Assembly: GCA_013115145.1 (NCBI GenBank)
Contig: JAAPAO010000090.1
Coordinates: forward strand, 19,808-83,807
Origin: Perkinsus chesapeaki ATCC PRA-425
Lineage: Eukaryota > Protista > Perkinsozoa
Direction: 5' to 3'
Length of the DNA: 64,000 nucleotides
The notes under the pieces were generated by a model. That model did no database searches and was not told the DNA's origin. It saw nothing but the letters and a program-made list of their open reading frames with translations. Positions 25,535-38,683 of the stretch are shown here, one piece after another (the stretch's first letter is position 1; each line of letters opens with the position of its first letter). The translations under genes were made by a program, and so were the position numbers.

Positions 25535-28093
25535 ATGGCACTCAAAGCGCCGGCGATCATGTTACTCCTCGCGTGCCGTCTAATCGCGGTTAGCAGTCTC
25601 TGCGATGATAGGGTGAAACAGATATTCGGATATTTAAAGGGAGCATCTGATGCTCAGTAATTCTATGTTCCACGAGTTCTCAGTGTAGGTGTGTATCTGT
25701 TCAGACTATTCCGCTGGTTCTTCGAGTCCCGCGAGAAGCCGCTAACAAGTCCTATTCTCATATATTTCCAGGGGGGTCCCGGAGCTAGTAGCATGATTTC
25801 AGCCGTTTCGGGTAATGGTGGACCGTGCATTCTTAATACTAAGGGTGATGATACATCTGTGAATAAGTAAGCTACAATGGAAAATCGCTGCATCTCTACT
25901 TGTTTTATGCACATGGCAAGACCGTCGTCATAATCAGGTATTCTTACAACACATTCGCCAACGTTATGTACATTGATCAGCCTGCGCCAGTGGGCTTCAG
26001 CAAAGGGACAACGCCAGAGGGAGATGTTGAGACCGCCAAATCGACGTACCTTGCTAGTAGACTTCCACTGACGTCATTTGTTCTCTGTCGCAGTCTCCAT
26101 GCGTTGGAGGCATTTTTCAGTAAATATCGGTCGTATAATACGCGTGTTATCCTAATAGGCCAGTCCTATGCAGGTAGTCACAGCGCTTCCTGGATGAATC
26201 CCGTACCTTATTAACGTCTTGCATCGAGGTCATTGTCAGGGCATTTCATCCCAGCTTTGGCTCAGCTGGCAGTGAAGAGGAAGTCATCGATAAATTTGAA
26301 AGGCCTCATTCTTGGGAATGGCTGGGTTAATCCCGAGCCTCTGTGAGTTCGTGGGGCAATGAAGCAGCACTGTATCATTCTCAGGATCCGCTCAATGCCC
26401 ATAATGGCGTATAAGAGTAACACAGCCCCAATCGTCATTACGGAAAAAGAGTCCGTGTTATTAGGAGGAACGCTCCTTCACGCTCTCGTCAGGTTTGATA
26501 CTTTGACCGAATGTATCCCAGGGTTACTCGGAAATATTTCTGATTGCGTCAGTCAGAAGCTCAAGGAGGTATGCGAAGGCGCACGAAAATTATTTCGTGA
26601 ACAGATGCTTGATCGTATTCGAGACAAGGATATTGATCAGTAGGTCGCAGAGCGCAGTTCTGACTCCAGTTTTCGACTTCTCAATTGCTTCCCTTAGGTT
26701 CGACCTACGACGTCGGTGCACTGAGCCAAAACCGGCATGTCGGTATATTGAAAATGTGAGTGAGGAACGTGTATGCCGTCGGCTATGCCGAGCCGGCTCT
26801 ACGGCTCGTTCACTTCTAGACACTCGGAGCATCACGCAGTAGTTTCTCGCCATTTGTTGGACAACACGGTTCCGTATCTTGAGAGAATGGTTTTCATAGT
26901 ATCCTGGGCTCATGCAACTTCCTGTATCTAACATTAGTTGTTACGATAACTTGTAGCAAGCGCTCGCGAACGGTGTCAGTTTGATGACATAGACAAGAGT
27001 AGGTATGTTGGCTCCTAGATTAGTATGCGATTCTTTTGTACCCAAGAGACTCTACTCCTGCATAGTGAAACTCATATGACGAGTCTCGTCCCTCCCTCGG
27101 TTTTTGTTATTCTCTTTTGTTGGCAGTTCAAGACGTACTTTGACAGCCCTAAAGTTCAGGGGTATCTCAAGGTGGATAAGACCTGGCTATATGCCAACAA
27201 CTCTGTAGGTTACCGTTTCTAAGCTTTCCTGTACGGCATAGTGTATGTGATAGTCCTCAGTCGGAAAATATTGCTTCCTCCTTCTCAGGTAATTGATCAC
27301 TTCGCCTATGACTATATGGTGGATTACAGTCCCGCTTTAGGATCACTGTTAGATGCGGGCCTCCGGGTATGTTGCTGCATTAACCCGTGGCGCTGAACTC
27401 GTGCAGCATTCCTCACAGCTACAATCAAGAAGCACTGTTTTCTTAAGTATTTTTGCTGCTCTTTTTTCGAAATGGCCTCTATAGTTGAATAATGTGTTAG
27501 AGACACTCATTTTAAGGACTGTGTCGTAGTCCACGTAATCTGATGGTCTCATACGCATAGGTTGCGCCGTGTAACGTTGTGACTTTCTGTGTTGGATAAT
27601 GTGATAGGTTCTACTATATGCCGGCGACCAGGACTACGTTTGTAATTGGATTGGAACCCGTCATGCGACTTTGAACATCCAGTGGAGCGGTCAAGACGGA
27701 TTCAAAAGTGCCGAAGATGTTCCATATTATGTAAGAAGCACTATTGCTTCTTACTCCTGCTGGGGGTATCCCCAGCGACATGCCAAAACGCTAGTGTATA
27801 TGGTCATCATTCAAGTCTACTATGCCTCTAGGAACTTGACTCGATTGTGTGATAAACCCTTCGAGATGTTTCCCTTCAGCTACCAGATGGAAGGGAGGTG
27901 GGCAAGTTGAGGAGGTTCGCTTCTGAACGCACAGGAGGGCAGCTCAGCTTTGCTCAAGTAGTGCTCCTTAGTCTACAGCCACTTTACTATCATCACGTAT
28001 CATTGGTGTCAGATTTATAAGGGAAGTCACTCTGCCGCGAAAGACGCTCCCGATGCGGTGCTCAAACTTGTCATGGATGTCGTTGCGAATTGA
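25535..28093 (+). CDS. Secreted serine carboxypeptidase, family S10
   Basis: Signal peptide; FFESR...GGPGASS, NVMYIDQPAPVGFS, GQSYAG (Ser), LKGLILGNGW, YAGDQDYVCNWIG (Asp), FAQ|IYKGSH (His), stop 28091-28093. Confidence 0.92.
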
Positions 28094-28703
28094 TGGCAAT
28101 ACGATGGCGAAGATCGGCAGCGACATCCGAAGACGAAATCTTTGACATAACCTTTTTTTATGTATCTTTCTAAAGAGCGCATGGTCTGGCTGATTTTTCA
28201 TTAGGTAGCCAGAGTTAGGATGTTCTATAGATGCAGGCGTTAATACACCTTTGCGAAGGCCTTCTTAACTTATAACAATAAAAAGGAACGAAATTTGAAG
28301 ACATATGACTTGTCCTGTTGTAGAAGAACTAGTTTCGGTTTGCTGGTAGCATCCGATTCACTAATGATGATTCACCATCAATTCTTTCTCACATAATAGA
28401 CTTTCAATCCCTTTGGCGTCAAGACCTTGCGTTGGGCCTTCAACCTTAATACTGCAGAAGGCAAATTCGGCAGTACGGCTCATTGTTCGGCCGCCGACAG
28501 GGCTGAGCGGAGCTCAGCTCGCATCAAACCTTGTTAAACGATATTACAGGGGCTTGGACCCACCGTCGAGGTCAAGTGACTGGCTTCAAGCTGGTAATGT
28601 ACTAGCGCTGGCGAGGGCTAATCCTACCCCATCAGCTCCAAGGCACAAGGGCAAATTACTTCAGTGAAAGTCATGAACTATTAACAAGGAAGGAGTAAGA
28701 AGT

Positions 28704-28841
28704 CTACACCATTGACCGGTCAAGTTTTTCTCAGTTAATTTAAACGGATCTTTTCCCGATTTAAAGATAGTTTAAAAAGCGAATCCGTTTCCGCGTCGTT
28801 TTTAAATTGATTGAAAAAAGCTTAACCTTGACCGGGTGTAG
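28704..28841. mobile_element. MITE-like ~138 bp imperfect fold-back element
   Basis: Left end ctacacc...ccggtcaagtttttctcagttaatttaaa matches the reverse complement of the right end tttaaattgattgaaaaaagcttaaccttgaccgggtgtag. Inner arms aaacggat/atccgttt. No clear TSD. Confidence 0.55.
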
Positions 28842-29829
28842 TAATGACAAGAAGAGCGGAAACAAACGACGAAACTCATCAGCACAGCGGAACGCAGCAT
28901 TATGATTCCAAATCACTATCTTGTGTTACGAAACTAGCGTAAACCGAGAGTAGAGTTGAACGCTCCACAATTGATGAGATTCCACAGGTGTCCATATATG
29001 GAGCTCAGTTAGCATGCTTAAGCTAATAATCACGGTGAGTCAAACTATTTTACTAAGGTATGCTGAACCTCCGAGGCGGCTATAGAGTCTCTATTGCCGC
29101 CTTAGCGACATTCTTAATTCGCTCCTAAGTGCCTTCTAATGAGCTAATGCGTCGCCGCCCTTGAGGGTGTTCAAATATAAGGTATGTTCACAATATAAGA
29201 GAGTATGGTACTACAAGCATGAGACATGTGAAGTTTCCCCCTTTATATTCAGTTTCAACCGTGCTTCCTGCTCCATTATCTGGCGTACACTACAGCGCCG
29301 ACCGACCAGTGTGACAGGTCGCAGCTGTCTGCGTATCTTTATTATTGTATATTCATTGGCACCATCTAAAAAATCTCTCTGTTGGTTAGTTAAACTCACT
29401 TTAGCCATCCCAGCTACTATGTTTTGGTGCAGCAAAAACTACGTAATTTGTAACAGTGCAGTATTGGCGGCTGAGAGCTTGTGTTTGAGGGCTTCTAATG
29501 GTGCTGCTCCCTATTCTGTACCCTCTTTCATCAGAGAAGGGTTCCACGTGGAATCCTGTCCCAGTGCGCGGATCCAAGTCCGTGGAATGGGAACCTGGGA
29601 GATCGTTACACTTTAACACAAGTAATTTCTCCAAGTTTGGAAGGGTCTACTTTCCAGCTGTGCGGACTTCAAACGTCTGCAATCCTTTCGCTGGTGTTAG
29701 TGTTAGCCTTGTTCAGATTTCGCGCTGTAAAAAGCGTGCGCCATTCCAATCGATTAATATCTCGCTCGGATTTCAGCTATTGTAATCGATTTTGTGCGTA
29801 GCTGCTCTAATTATCGACATCTTCAATTA

Positions 29830-30010
29830 TCCATTAATGTGTACCGCACACTTCGACGATCCGCTTGCCGGCCTCTATGGCTTGCGTTGATTGCGTTTCT
29901 TGTCACAAGTGCTACACAGATTCGGAACGTGTTGTCCGGCTCCGATGCTTTGGCGTCAGCCGTAGTGTGTCCAAGTCTTTCCGAACATTTGAAGTGTTAA
30001 TAATACCAGC
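29830..30010 (-). pseudogene. Possible degenerate retroelement gag/ORF1 zinc-knuckle remnant
   Basis: Frameshifted fragments FKCSERLGHTT, GAGQHVPNLCSTCD, ...SSKCAVH resemble the three CCHC-like knuckles of LINE ORF1. Stops and frameshifts present. Confidence 0.3.
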
Positions 30011-30276
30011 ATTCCTTCTCCATAGAGGCCCTTTTTTGAAGGGCATCTTTGAAGGCTTAGTTTTTGTGTGGTATACAGGAAGTTGCTACCGAGGGCGGAC
30101 GGTGCGAGGTCGCCGTGACGCTCTATCTGCAACGTACAACGTTGATGAATGATGAGCTTTTAAATGATGAAAACTCAGAGGCTTCTCCTGATTCTCTATG
30201 ACTGAGAGAAACTAAAATGGATCGATAGGACTGATTAAAGCTCTAACATCTTTTGGTAGCGCTTTTGGTTTTCGCT

Positions 30277-30950
30277 ATGTCAACGGGACTGACCGAGAAC
30301 CCCGCAACAGCACTTCAGAACAGTAGGGCGTTACCTTCGCACCACAAGCAGACAAACTTTTAGGCAAATCTGTTCCGGGCGGACTTCAGAATAACTCGCG
30401 AGATGCTTTCTCTTCGTTCGCTCCTTCCGGCTTGAAGGTGAGTTGTTGTTTCTTGCTACTGACGAGACTGAAGAGTAGGGCAAACTGGCGTCTTTGGAGG
30501 ACTTCATCGCAATGCAAAACGAAGAGCTTGCTGCTCAGAGGCAAGAGATTGAAGCCTTGCGGAACGACAAGGTTTGAAATAATAGCAGCGGTTGTGATAG
30601 AATAGGCACTCTTCAGTCGAGCATCGAGCAGCACTATCAGGGTCAGCTACAGGACCTCAAGAAGACCGTTGTTTCGGATGTTCAGAGAATGCAGGTCAGC
30701 ACTTCTCAAGTGCCACGTGGCCGGCTTCAGGATTCCCTGTAGGATGAAGTGAAGAGGCACTTCAGCCATCAGAAGGCCGAGAACTCTAGGCTTCAGCAGC
30801 AGATCACAACGCTTAAAGTGAGCGGTGTATAGCGAGTCCAAGGGGGCGAAGGCTTGCTCTGGTTAGGGGGAGAAGACCTCCTTACAACAGCAGATCCTCG
30901 GACTGCAGCGGAGGATCCAAGAGATTGAGGAGCAGATAGGCTCGGACTGA
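30277..30950 (+). CDS. Small coiled-coil protein, 5-6 exons
   Basis: Clean GT-AG splicing gives GKLASLEDFIAMQNEELAAQRQEIEALRNDK...DEVKRHFSHQKAENSRLQQQITTLKGEKTSLQQQILGLQRRIQEIEEQIGSD*. Confidence 0.85.
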
Positions 30951-31071
30951 GTGACATGACTTACAGTTATTCCTATGGTGTACGTAGACATGATAGCAAT
31001 CACGAATTAAGTTGTTGTTAAATTGCATAATAGTGTCTAGTTGTGTAGTCAACTCAAACAAGAGTATCGAT

Positions 31072-31830
31072 ATGAATGCAAATTACTGCTGCTGGTGGAG
31101 TTGTTTCATCTGCCTAATGTCCCCTGGATTCACCCTCGATGTTCCTGTCCCTGAAAATAGCACAGTGGAGCGAGTAGGTTCGTGCCATTGGCACCCTCAC
31201 ACCATCTCTGCTAGGCTGATCCGGTAGACCTCACTCCAGTGCATTCTAGTCCCAGGCTGAGTAGCTCTTTGGAACGCTGCATTCTGCGGTCACCTGACTC
31301 TGGAGATGTAGGCGTTTCTGCGTTGCATTTCGGTTTCAACTGTGTCCCTAAGGTACTATTATGGGTATCCACACCGAAGGTCGCCAACAGATACACTCCC
31401 CTGACGAAGGGCGCCCGAGACACTCCCTTGTCGGCAGAGCACACCCGACGAGGTAGACGGCAGTTTCGCGGTATTACTGTGAACTAGCTGATTCTCAGCC
31501 TCGACTGCTCCGGAGCTGAAGTCAATGATTGAGTTCGAGGCCGAAGTCATCAGTGAGCTATTTATGATTCATTGTAATTGAAAGTCACCGTTAAGGTCCC
31601 ATGGCCAAGCGTAGGGCTGCCGAGCAGCTTACGATGATGCAGGTGAAGAGCTTCGCCCAGCGGTGTAAAGTAAGAGCCAGCCTGTACTCCAGGAATTTGG
31701 ACGGTGAGCAGCAGCAGTGCTATGCCCTACACCCAGGGATTTGTTTCAGCCTTCTCTTTTTTCTCAGGAGAGCTATTTGATGCAGTCCGATCCAGGGGTT
31801 ACTCAGAAGAGTCGTCGTGTAACTCATCAG
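31072..31830 (+). CDS. Hypothetical multi-exon protein with signal-like N-terminus; 3' end unresolved
   Basis: MNANYCCWWSCFICLMSPGFTLDVP followed by short exons with plus-strand splice signals (gtgagc...ttttttctcag). Confidence 0.35.
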
Positions 31831-32581
31831 ATCAAAGCGAGTAACGTACTTCTATCGCCGCACGTATCAGATGACAATGTCCAAGGTGCCAAAGCCCGCA
31901 CAGTGTTAGAAAGTGTTCAACAGCAGCACCTAGAATATCTGTTGCTTCTACTGCCGCTTCGTTTGGCTCGTGCGAAGAATCGGACGAGGGCGCTGACGTT
32001 TGCGTCGGGTTTAATGATTCCTCCGAGGCCCTTCCCGCACAGCAGCACTTCAGCAGAGAGGTGAACCACATACTTTGCCCGCAGCAGCAGCGGCCTTTGT
32101 TTCAGGCCCTTATTAGGACGACGATTCTTAGGTCGAATGCAGTTGATTTTACTCTCAAGTTCGCGGAAACGGTTGAAATTATTGAAAAAACTCTTCGACT
32201 GAAGTACAGTATCTTTCACAACTTGCCTATTGAGTATTTGCTGACCCAGGAAACCCACTCGGCGTCGTTCAGTTTGCGGATCTGCCGATAAGTGGAATAC
32301 AGCTGATGGTGGCGAGACCATCCAAGCTTGCTGTTAAAGTTGTCCTTTCTTCCTGTTCAGATGTTAAGATGAGAATCGAGGATACCCGATTATGGCTAGA
32401 CATCATCCAATGTGATGATGTTCCTGCTGCGTTGTAGTTTACTCTATTATTTACTGTACTTTATCATATCCTAAAGTTACCTCCTTCCATGAAACCCTAG
32501 TCTAGCACTATTCACATGCGCCATTATCCTTTCGACATTGTTATTATTGCGTTATGATGTAGTGCACTCTTCCTAATCCGA

Positions 32582-32653
32582 GGAAGGTTACTGTGGTGGT
32601 CTGAGGCATAGTTATGAACCCGTGGGGCGTCGGTTCAAATCCCACGTCTGACG
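32582..32653 (+). pseudogene. tRNA-Leu-like pseudogene with shortened anticodon region
   Basis: GTGGTCTGAGGC (D-arm-like) and GGCGTCGGTTCAAATCCCACGTCTGAC closely resemble eukaryotic tRNA-Leu. Anticodon arm and 5' acceptor strand do not pair. Confidence 0.6.
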
Positions 32654-32782
32654 ATTTGACGCGTTGGATAATACTCTATTTCCGTATTCACCAATCAAGA
32701 CAGATTCCTTTGCGGACTTGAGTAACGCAATAGTAGACAGTACGATAGAGAAATGTGAACAGTATAGAGACAGCGGTAACAA

Positions 32783-35700
32783 TCACGCAGATGCAACTTT
32801 AGCTGGACTCGGGGCGCAGGACAAGTCAATGCTTCGATACCTGCACATCCATAGGAAAGCTGACGAGCGGCTTGAACGTACTTTTCTCGGTAGTCTGGAT
32901 CGTCCTTCAGCTGCCGAATGTATGCAATTGTGGCCGCCAGGTGAGCCTTAACAGCGACGATCCCAGCAGATGAGGAAGCCGATGAAGTGGTGTGCATCGT
33001 GCCTACGAGGGTAGGAGAGTCAAGGTACTCACTACGTAATCTTTAGCTCACTGTGGTTCTCGAGAAGGGGATTTTTGGCGTTTGAGGCAGCTGTGTTGGG
33101 GTTGGTCGATTCCATGGCAAACTTAACATGCTCCATACAGAGGGCAATCAAACTGTTAATATGCGAAGATAAGATCTGAGACACTGTAACAGTGGAATGG
33201 ATTACTGCGGGACAACTGACCTGCTCGTTATTCTTGTTGAAGTAGAATACATAACGGTCAAGGACATCGACAAACAGCGACACGCCGGTCACCTCAGAGA
33301 CGTCGATCTTATCCAGATCTTCTGTGCTAGAGTCGCTACCGAGTCCACCTGAGTCCAAGGTTCCACATTCCTCAGGTTACCCGAAGCCCTACTCTCCAGG
33401 ATTCTCTCGGCAATCCTGAGGCATCGTTGCAGACACTCAAGCACTCGTCGGGAGTCCCAACGGTCTCGAGGAAGAACCTACCAGCGAAGCATGAACGTAT
33501 CGGTGGAGGGCTACTCGTAACTTACAGGATTCCAAAACATATCGGCACAGCAGAGGATCTGGCGGCACTGATCAGACTTCCGCACCAACTTCGCAGCGTA
33601 CTGCGTGATCTACAAAGGAAAGTCCGCACCGCTTGTAAGCGCATAACTCACCGTGGTTGAAGTGGCCTCGTAATCGTCAGGCGTCAGCGCCTGTCCCGCT
33701 GGACCAAGAAGAGCCCCGACCATCAATGGGATGCATGCCTAATGAGAGATGCTTTGAACTGCGGGACGTTGCTCATTGCTCGTACACTTTGAGAATCGGT
33801 GATGTCGTCTTCATACGTGGCCAGTGCCCGATTGATGAACTCGTAGCCGATAGATTCGAACGCTCCTTCACCATAAAGATTCGTTTCGACGTATCCCGCA
33901 ACCTGATCATTCTATCGTCCACAAGCCACCGAGAGCTCTCCAAGTACCGCTGCTGCGTCGAGCCACATCTTCAGCGTTTGCATTGCCGCAGTTGGGCCCC
34001 CTCCCAGCAAGCAGTGTGAGCCGTAGGCATCCAGAGTTTTATAAACCTGCGAACATAATAATTAGCGGAGCGACGCACAACTTTCCCGTACAAATTGGAA
34101 GGCCTTTTTGGTGCTATTAAAGAGCCTTGTATGCTGCAACTCCAAAGTCCTAACTTTCGGTGCTAACTTCACCGCTCGATAAATGACGGGCACCAGCGTG
34201 ACAGTCTAAGCAGTAAAGTGCTTAGACAGCGTCTTAATCTCCATTTTACCAGTTTAGCTGGGCTGCCATGACCGAGGTGCTGACGCATCACACTCAGAAG
34301 CTGCAGCTCGAGATCGGTATTGGCATCGCTCTCTCGAATGAGATGGCAAATCTTTGCAAGATTACACTGATCCGTGGCGGCTTCGGTAGCGTCCGTTGCT
34401 GAGAACAGGTAACACTCGGGACAGGCGGCCACGTGGTGACAGTACCATAGTCCTCGGAAATGAGCGGTCGCAATAAAGTCATGAAGCTCTGCAATCGACT
34501 AACGTTGTCAATAACTTGTTTTTCTGGATGCTCGCACATGAGTAAAGCGTTAACCATGCCCACACCACAGTGAGCTTGAGTCTGAAGCGTCAGGTACCTT
34601 TCCGAAGCGACATGGAGATATGTTCGAGATGAGTAGGCTTACCGATACACATTATTGTAAGCATCGGAGAGGCAGTCCATGCAGCTGAGACCGAGCTCTT
34701 CGATTGGTCTAAGGGGGGCGGACAGATATAACGTGTTTGGTGAAGGTAGCCGCTGGCCTACTTGCTAAGGAGGTCGACCATACTAAAGCATGCTTTCTCA
34801 TCTGGGCGGATCTTCACTGCTCCACCGGATAGTTGCCTATCTAGCATTCTAGCTAGTGCAGCATGGATAGACTAATGAGATATAACATTAAACCAGTCCA
34901 AGCTGATACACTAGCAATAGGTTAGAACTTTACTACTCTACCCATCCAACATTACGGGTGAACTGCTACTAATCATCTATAATATTATCGCAGTCTTCAA
35001 ACCGCCTCATGTACTAATAAGGCTACTGGCAGCAGCGCGAAATTGCACTGTGAAATGTAGAGCCGAGTCGTGGTATAAATTCCGTTATAGATTTATAACG
35101 AGAATTTAACATAAATTTATATTAATTAATAGTTTCGGGTTAATGAACACACACTACATTGACCGCGAGTGTGGGAGAGCGGAGGGAATGGCGTCGCTGT
35201 GTTCGCTGTTATTCGGCCACTACAGTACTTTTGATACTATTAGAGTGTAGAGACCAATTTCTAGGGGCGGATCTCTTCTAGATCGGATACACTAGAGGGA
35301 AGCCTCAAGCGATTACTAACTACCCTGTCAGCAAAACATTGCATCTCTAATGAAGGCCCTCTTCACTAGAAGAAAGCTCCGCTGGAAAATCACAGGCAAT
35401 CCCAAACGTTCGTTCCGCCCCGCCACCGCTTTTATAACCTGTAAATGGTCTAGCCTGTCAGGGTAGAGCGTGATCGTGAAGCCAAGATAAGCTCCCATTA
35501 TATCAATCAAAGAGGCCAAGCTGTTGTTGTGACCCTTGCTGCCGCGCCCTACCACGCAAAACTACTACTCATGACTGCCGTCGCCGGGCAAACCTGCCTT
35601 CTCCGTTCAGCTGACTGTCTGTTGTCACAGCTGCATCATTCTCACTTCTGTCAAGCATGCGATCAAGATGCGAGCGGAACAATTCAAAGACGTCCAGATC

Positions 35701-37426
35701 TTGGGGAACTGACCCAGGGTTCGAGGACACCTACGCTAGAGCTCTCCGGGCGACTTTAGCGAATATGATCCCTACATAAACAGCAAGACGGTTCATCAGA
35801 TTCACTATTATTGGCTTCAAGTCCACAGCACCTACAAGGAGGACGCCATGCTGGATGATACGGGCAGAGCCACCTACTGTTGGTTTTGCTGCAAGTTGTG
35901 AGGAGGGAATCGAGTGTTGCGAGATGATACTCATCCGGGAAAACCTGATGCGAATGGTGAGCTGGTGAAGTTAGGATATGGCCATCGATTACCTGTATAA
36001 TACAGTCCAGAAGGTATTGCTGTGCCATAGTATCTTGGCATGATACCACTTGATCCAGGAGCTTTGGTAGGACAACAGATACGTAGATCTAAAAGATAAA
36101 GAGGATGTCATCGCCCAATGTAGGGGTACTACATTCTTATCCATGCCGTCTAGTTGACTTAGCCGAATTAGATTGTTGCCAACCAAAACCCTCAAATCGT
36201 GTCGTTCCCTTTCGCGCCTTGCCCTGTCCCGTGCACTACCTATCAAAGCGGTCACTGCTATTCAACGAGGGGGTCAGCTACCTTGGTGGTTGAGGCGTAT
36301 CCATAATCGATTAGCTTCCGTGAAGTTATTGAGGATGAAGTCTATGGCATCATACACATTACCGCCCTCAATCCCCTCGTACTGAAGTCACATTGTATCA
36401 CCAAGTAAAGTGCTATTCAAATAGTACTACCGGTGAGCCTGTATCTGGTAGCTTATCCTTGCAGCACTGTGATAGATAGTATCGAAGAAACAATCCCCGT
36501 ATTGGATGCTGTACGCCCTGAACAACAACTAGTACTATATAACATGGTTATATATACCACATATTGGAGGTTAACGAATTTAAGAGGCTCAAAGCCTTAC
36601 CCTGATACCAGTGACCACGGAGCAACATTCTATCCTGCGATTTCCCTATATATGGTCTTCCGAGCCATAATGTGAGTATATGAAAGCCAGTACTATGGGT
36701 CATCCCAAGTACCTTGCAGAGCTCAGTAAGGTCTGTGAGTATCTCCTTAGCAGGCGCTTCCTTGCTTTGTATGAAGCCGGCACCAACAGTAATAAGCAGA
36801 TATAGTCTCGGTATTATATTGCCTGAACAAGCCGCTTTCTGTTATGATCAAATTCGCAAGTGGTACGCATTCTGAGCTAGTTTGAATCTTTATTACCAGC
36901 ATGTTGCACAGACTCGTACAATGCAGACAACTTCATACCATGCCTTTGAGTATCTTGGAAGTACAGAGCCAAAGTTTGGAGCTCGGTGAACACCTACAGC
37001 ATAATTATTCAAGTCAACTTGACCAGCAATGGGATAAAGTCTATGCAGTATTCCCCCCTCCAAAACTGATAGAAAAACCGTATTTCCGCGGTTTATACCT
37101 GCATATATAGCTCATAGTAGGTCTTTGGCTCCAAGGTACCGGTTCTGAGCTCACATATCATATTAGAGGCATGTTTCAGTGTTTCCCGCATATTATTGTT
37201 GGTGATTGCCCTAAGTGCAATAGGTGCTAGATGTGGTTCGGTTCATTACTGTTTCATAAGCCATGACTGCTCCTTAACAACCGCTGAGGCTTCCTCTAGT
37301 AGACGTTCTTGCTCGGAGTCTGGGCCCGTACTTCTCATATAGGGAAAACGAGGTAAAGTATCCAACAGAAGAGATATCACGACTTGAGCACATGTAGAGA
37401 CGCATTACGATCAAAATGGTAGTCAT
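32783..37426 (-). CDS. VPS35: Retromer subunit VPS35, multi-exon
   Basis: [117 protein letters not shown]. Start is either 37338 or 37426. Confidence 0.95.
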
Positions 37427-37648
37427 GAATCGCTTCGTTCCGCCTATTTAAGGCTCGAGGTCACCCGTGCATACGTGCAATACAAAGGCTAGCCCCCTCA
37501 CCTCGCTACAATTAAATGTTATCTTTGGGCTGTCCGTGCAAGATGTAAAGTTTGTTAGCTTTGTGCCCTTTGTTTATTTCCCAGATGGTTCATTTTTGCA
37601 CTTTTGTATATTTCTCAATGATCTAGCATTTATTAGCTTATTATTATA

Positions 37649-38452
37649 ATGGCTGCGAATGCTGCCGCCCATCGCTATTGCACCGTCCCTAATTGTACCA
37701 AGTATAGGCAAGGCGGCACTCTCTTTTGCATCTCTCATGGTGGTGGTAGACGTTGCCAGCATCCAGGTTGCCTCAAGTCGGTCTACGGCACTCTGACGTC
37801 ACGGTAGTGTCCCTCCTAGTGACAGCCTGTTCATGTGGATGTCTTAGGTTCTGCTGTGCACATGGCGGCGGCCCTCGCTGCCAGGTCCCCGGTTGTAATA
37901 AGGGGAGCCGAGGCAAGAAGACAGGACTGTGCTTCAAGTAAGGAAGAGCCATGGAGTATCTTCGATCATTCAATCCCTTAGGCACGGTGGTGGGCTGGCT
38001 CAAAGGTGCCGTGCACAGGGTTGTAGGAGAGCTAGACTAAGGCGGAAACTGTAAGGATAGTTGAGTGTCGGTATATGGAATAGCATATCAGGTTCTGTGG
38101 GGAGCATGCTCATCTTGAAGAGCTGGATGCCGTCGTTAACAGTGGTAATACTGCAACATCCCCGAGGACGACTCCCTCTATGATGGTCAGAAGCATCTCG
38201 CCGCTGAGCAGCTGCCTATCGGTTATGTCCAGAAGTACAGAAAGCTCCAGTCCAAGTAGACTTGGAGATAGGATACCGTCACTTGCCTCCCTTGGCGGAG
38301 CCAACGTAGCTTGTTCTTCAGTGAAGGCGCTGAATGTGAAGGACTATAATAGGACTACTTCTGGTCAAATTCATTCAATAGAACAGGACATAACCACTCA
38401 ATGGCAAACATCTTATTATGAGATTGGTTTGGCTTTACTGGGTGATGTATAA
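37649..38452 (+). CDS. WRKY19-like zinc-finger repeat protein (CxxHGGGxRC repeats)
   Basis: CTVPNCTKYRQGGTLFCISHGGGRRCQHPGC...FCCAHGGGPRCQVPGCNKGSRGKKTGLCFKHGGG, with Ser-rich tail. Confidence 0.85.
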
Positions 38453-38683
38453 AAGCATTATTGCTGTGCTGGCATCATATCCCTTGGTCAAGGATATTAA
38501 TAATCCTATCATACTCTTACCATACGTACCATACAAAGACTATCTTTGAAGATGGTTAGATTACACATTAGTATTTCTTATTCTGGGGTTGTCATTGGTG
38601 CTTCCCACCATTATATACCACTTCTGCTGCAGTTGATATCGGCAGATGTGCGAACTCTTGGGTGTTGAAACCCTTTATTATTG

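Noticed and set aside
28201-28280. Apparent loss of the catalytic His in the S10 carboxypeptidase (DAGVNTP)
   Set aside because: The true last exon starts at about 28013 and reads IYKGSHSAAKDAP..., so the Ser-Asp-His triad is intact.
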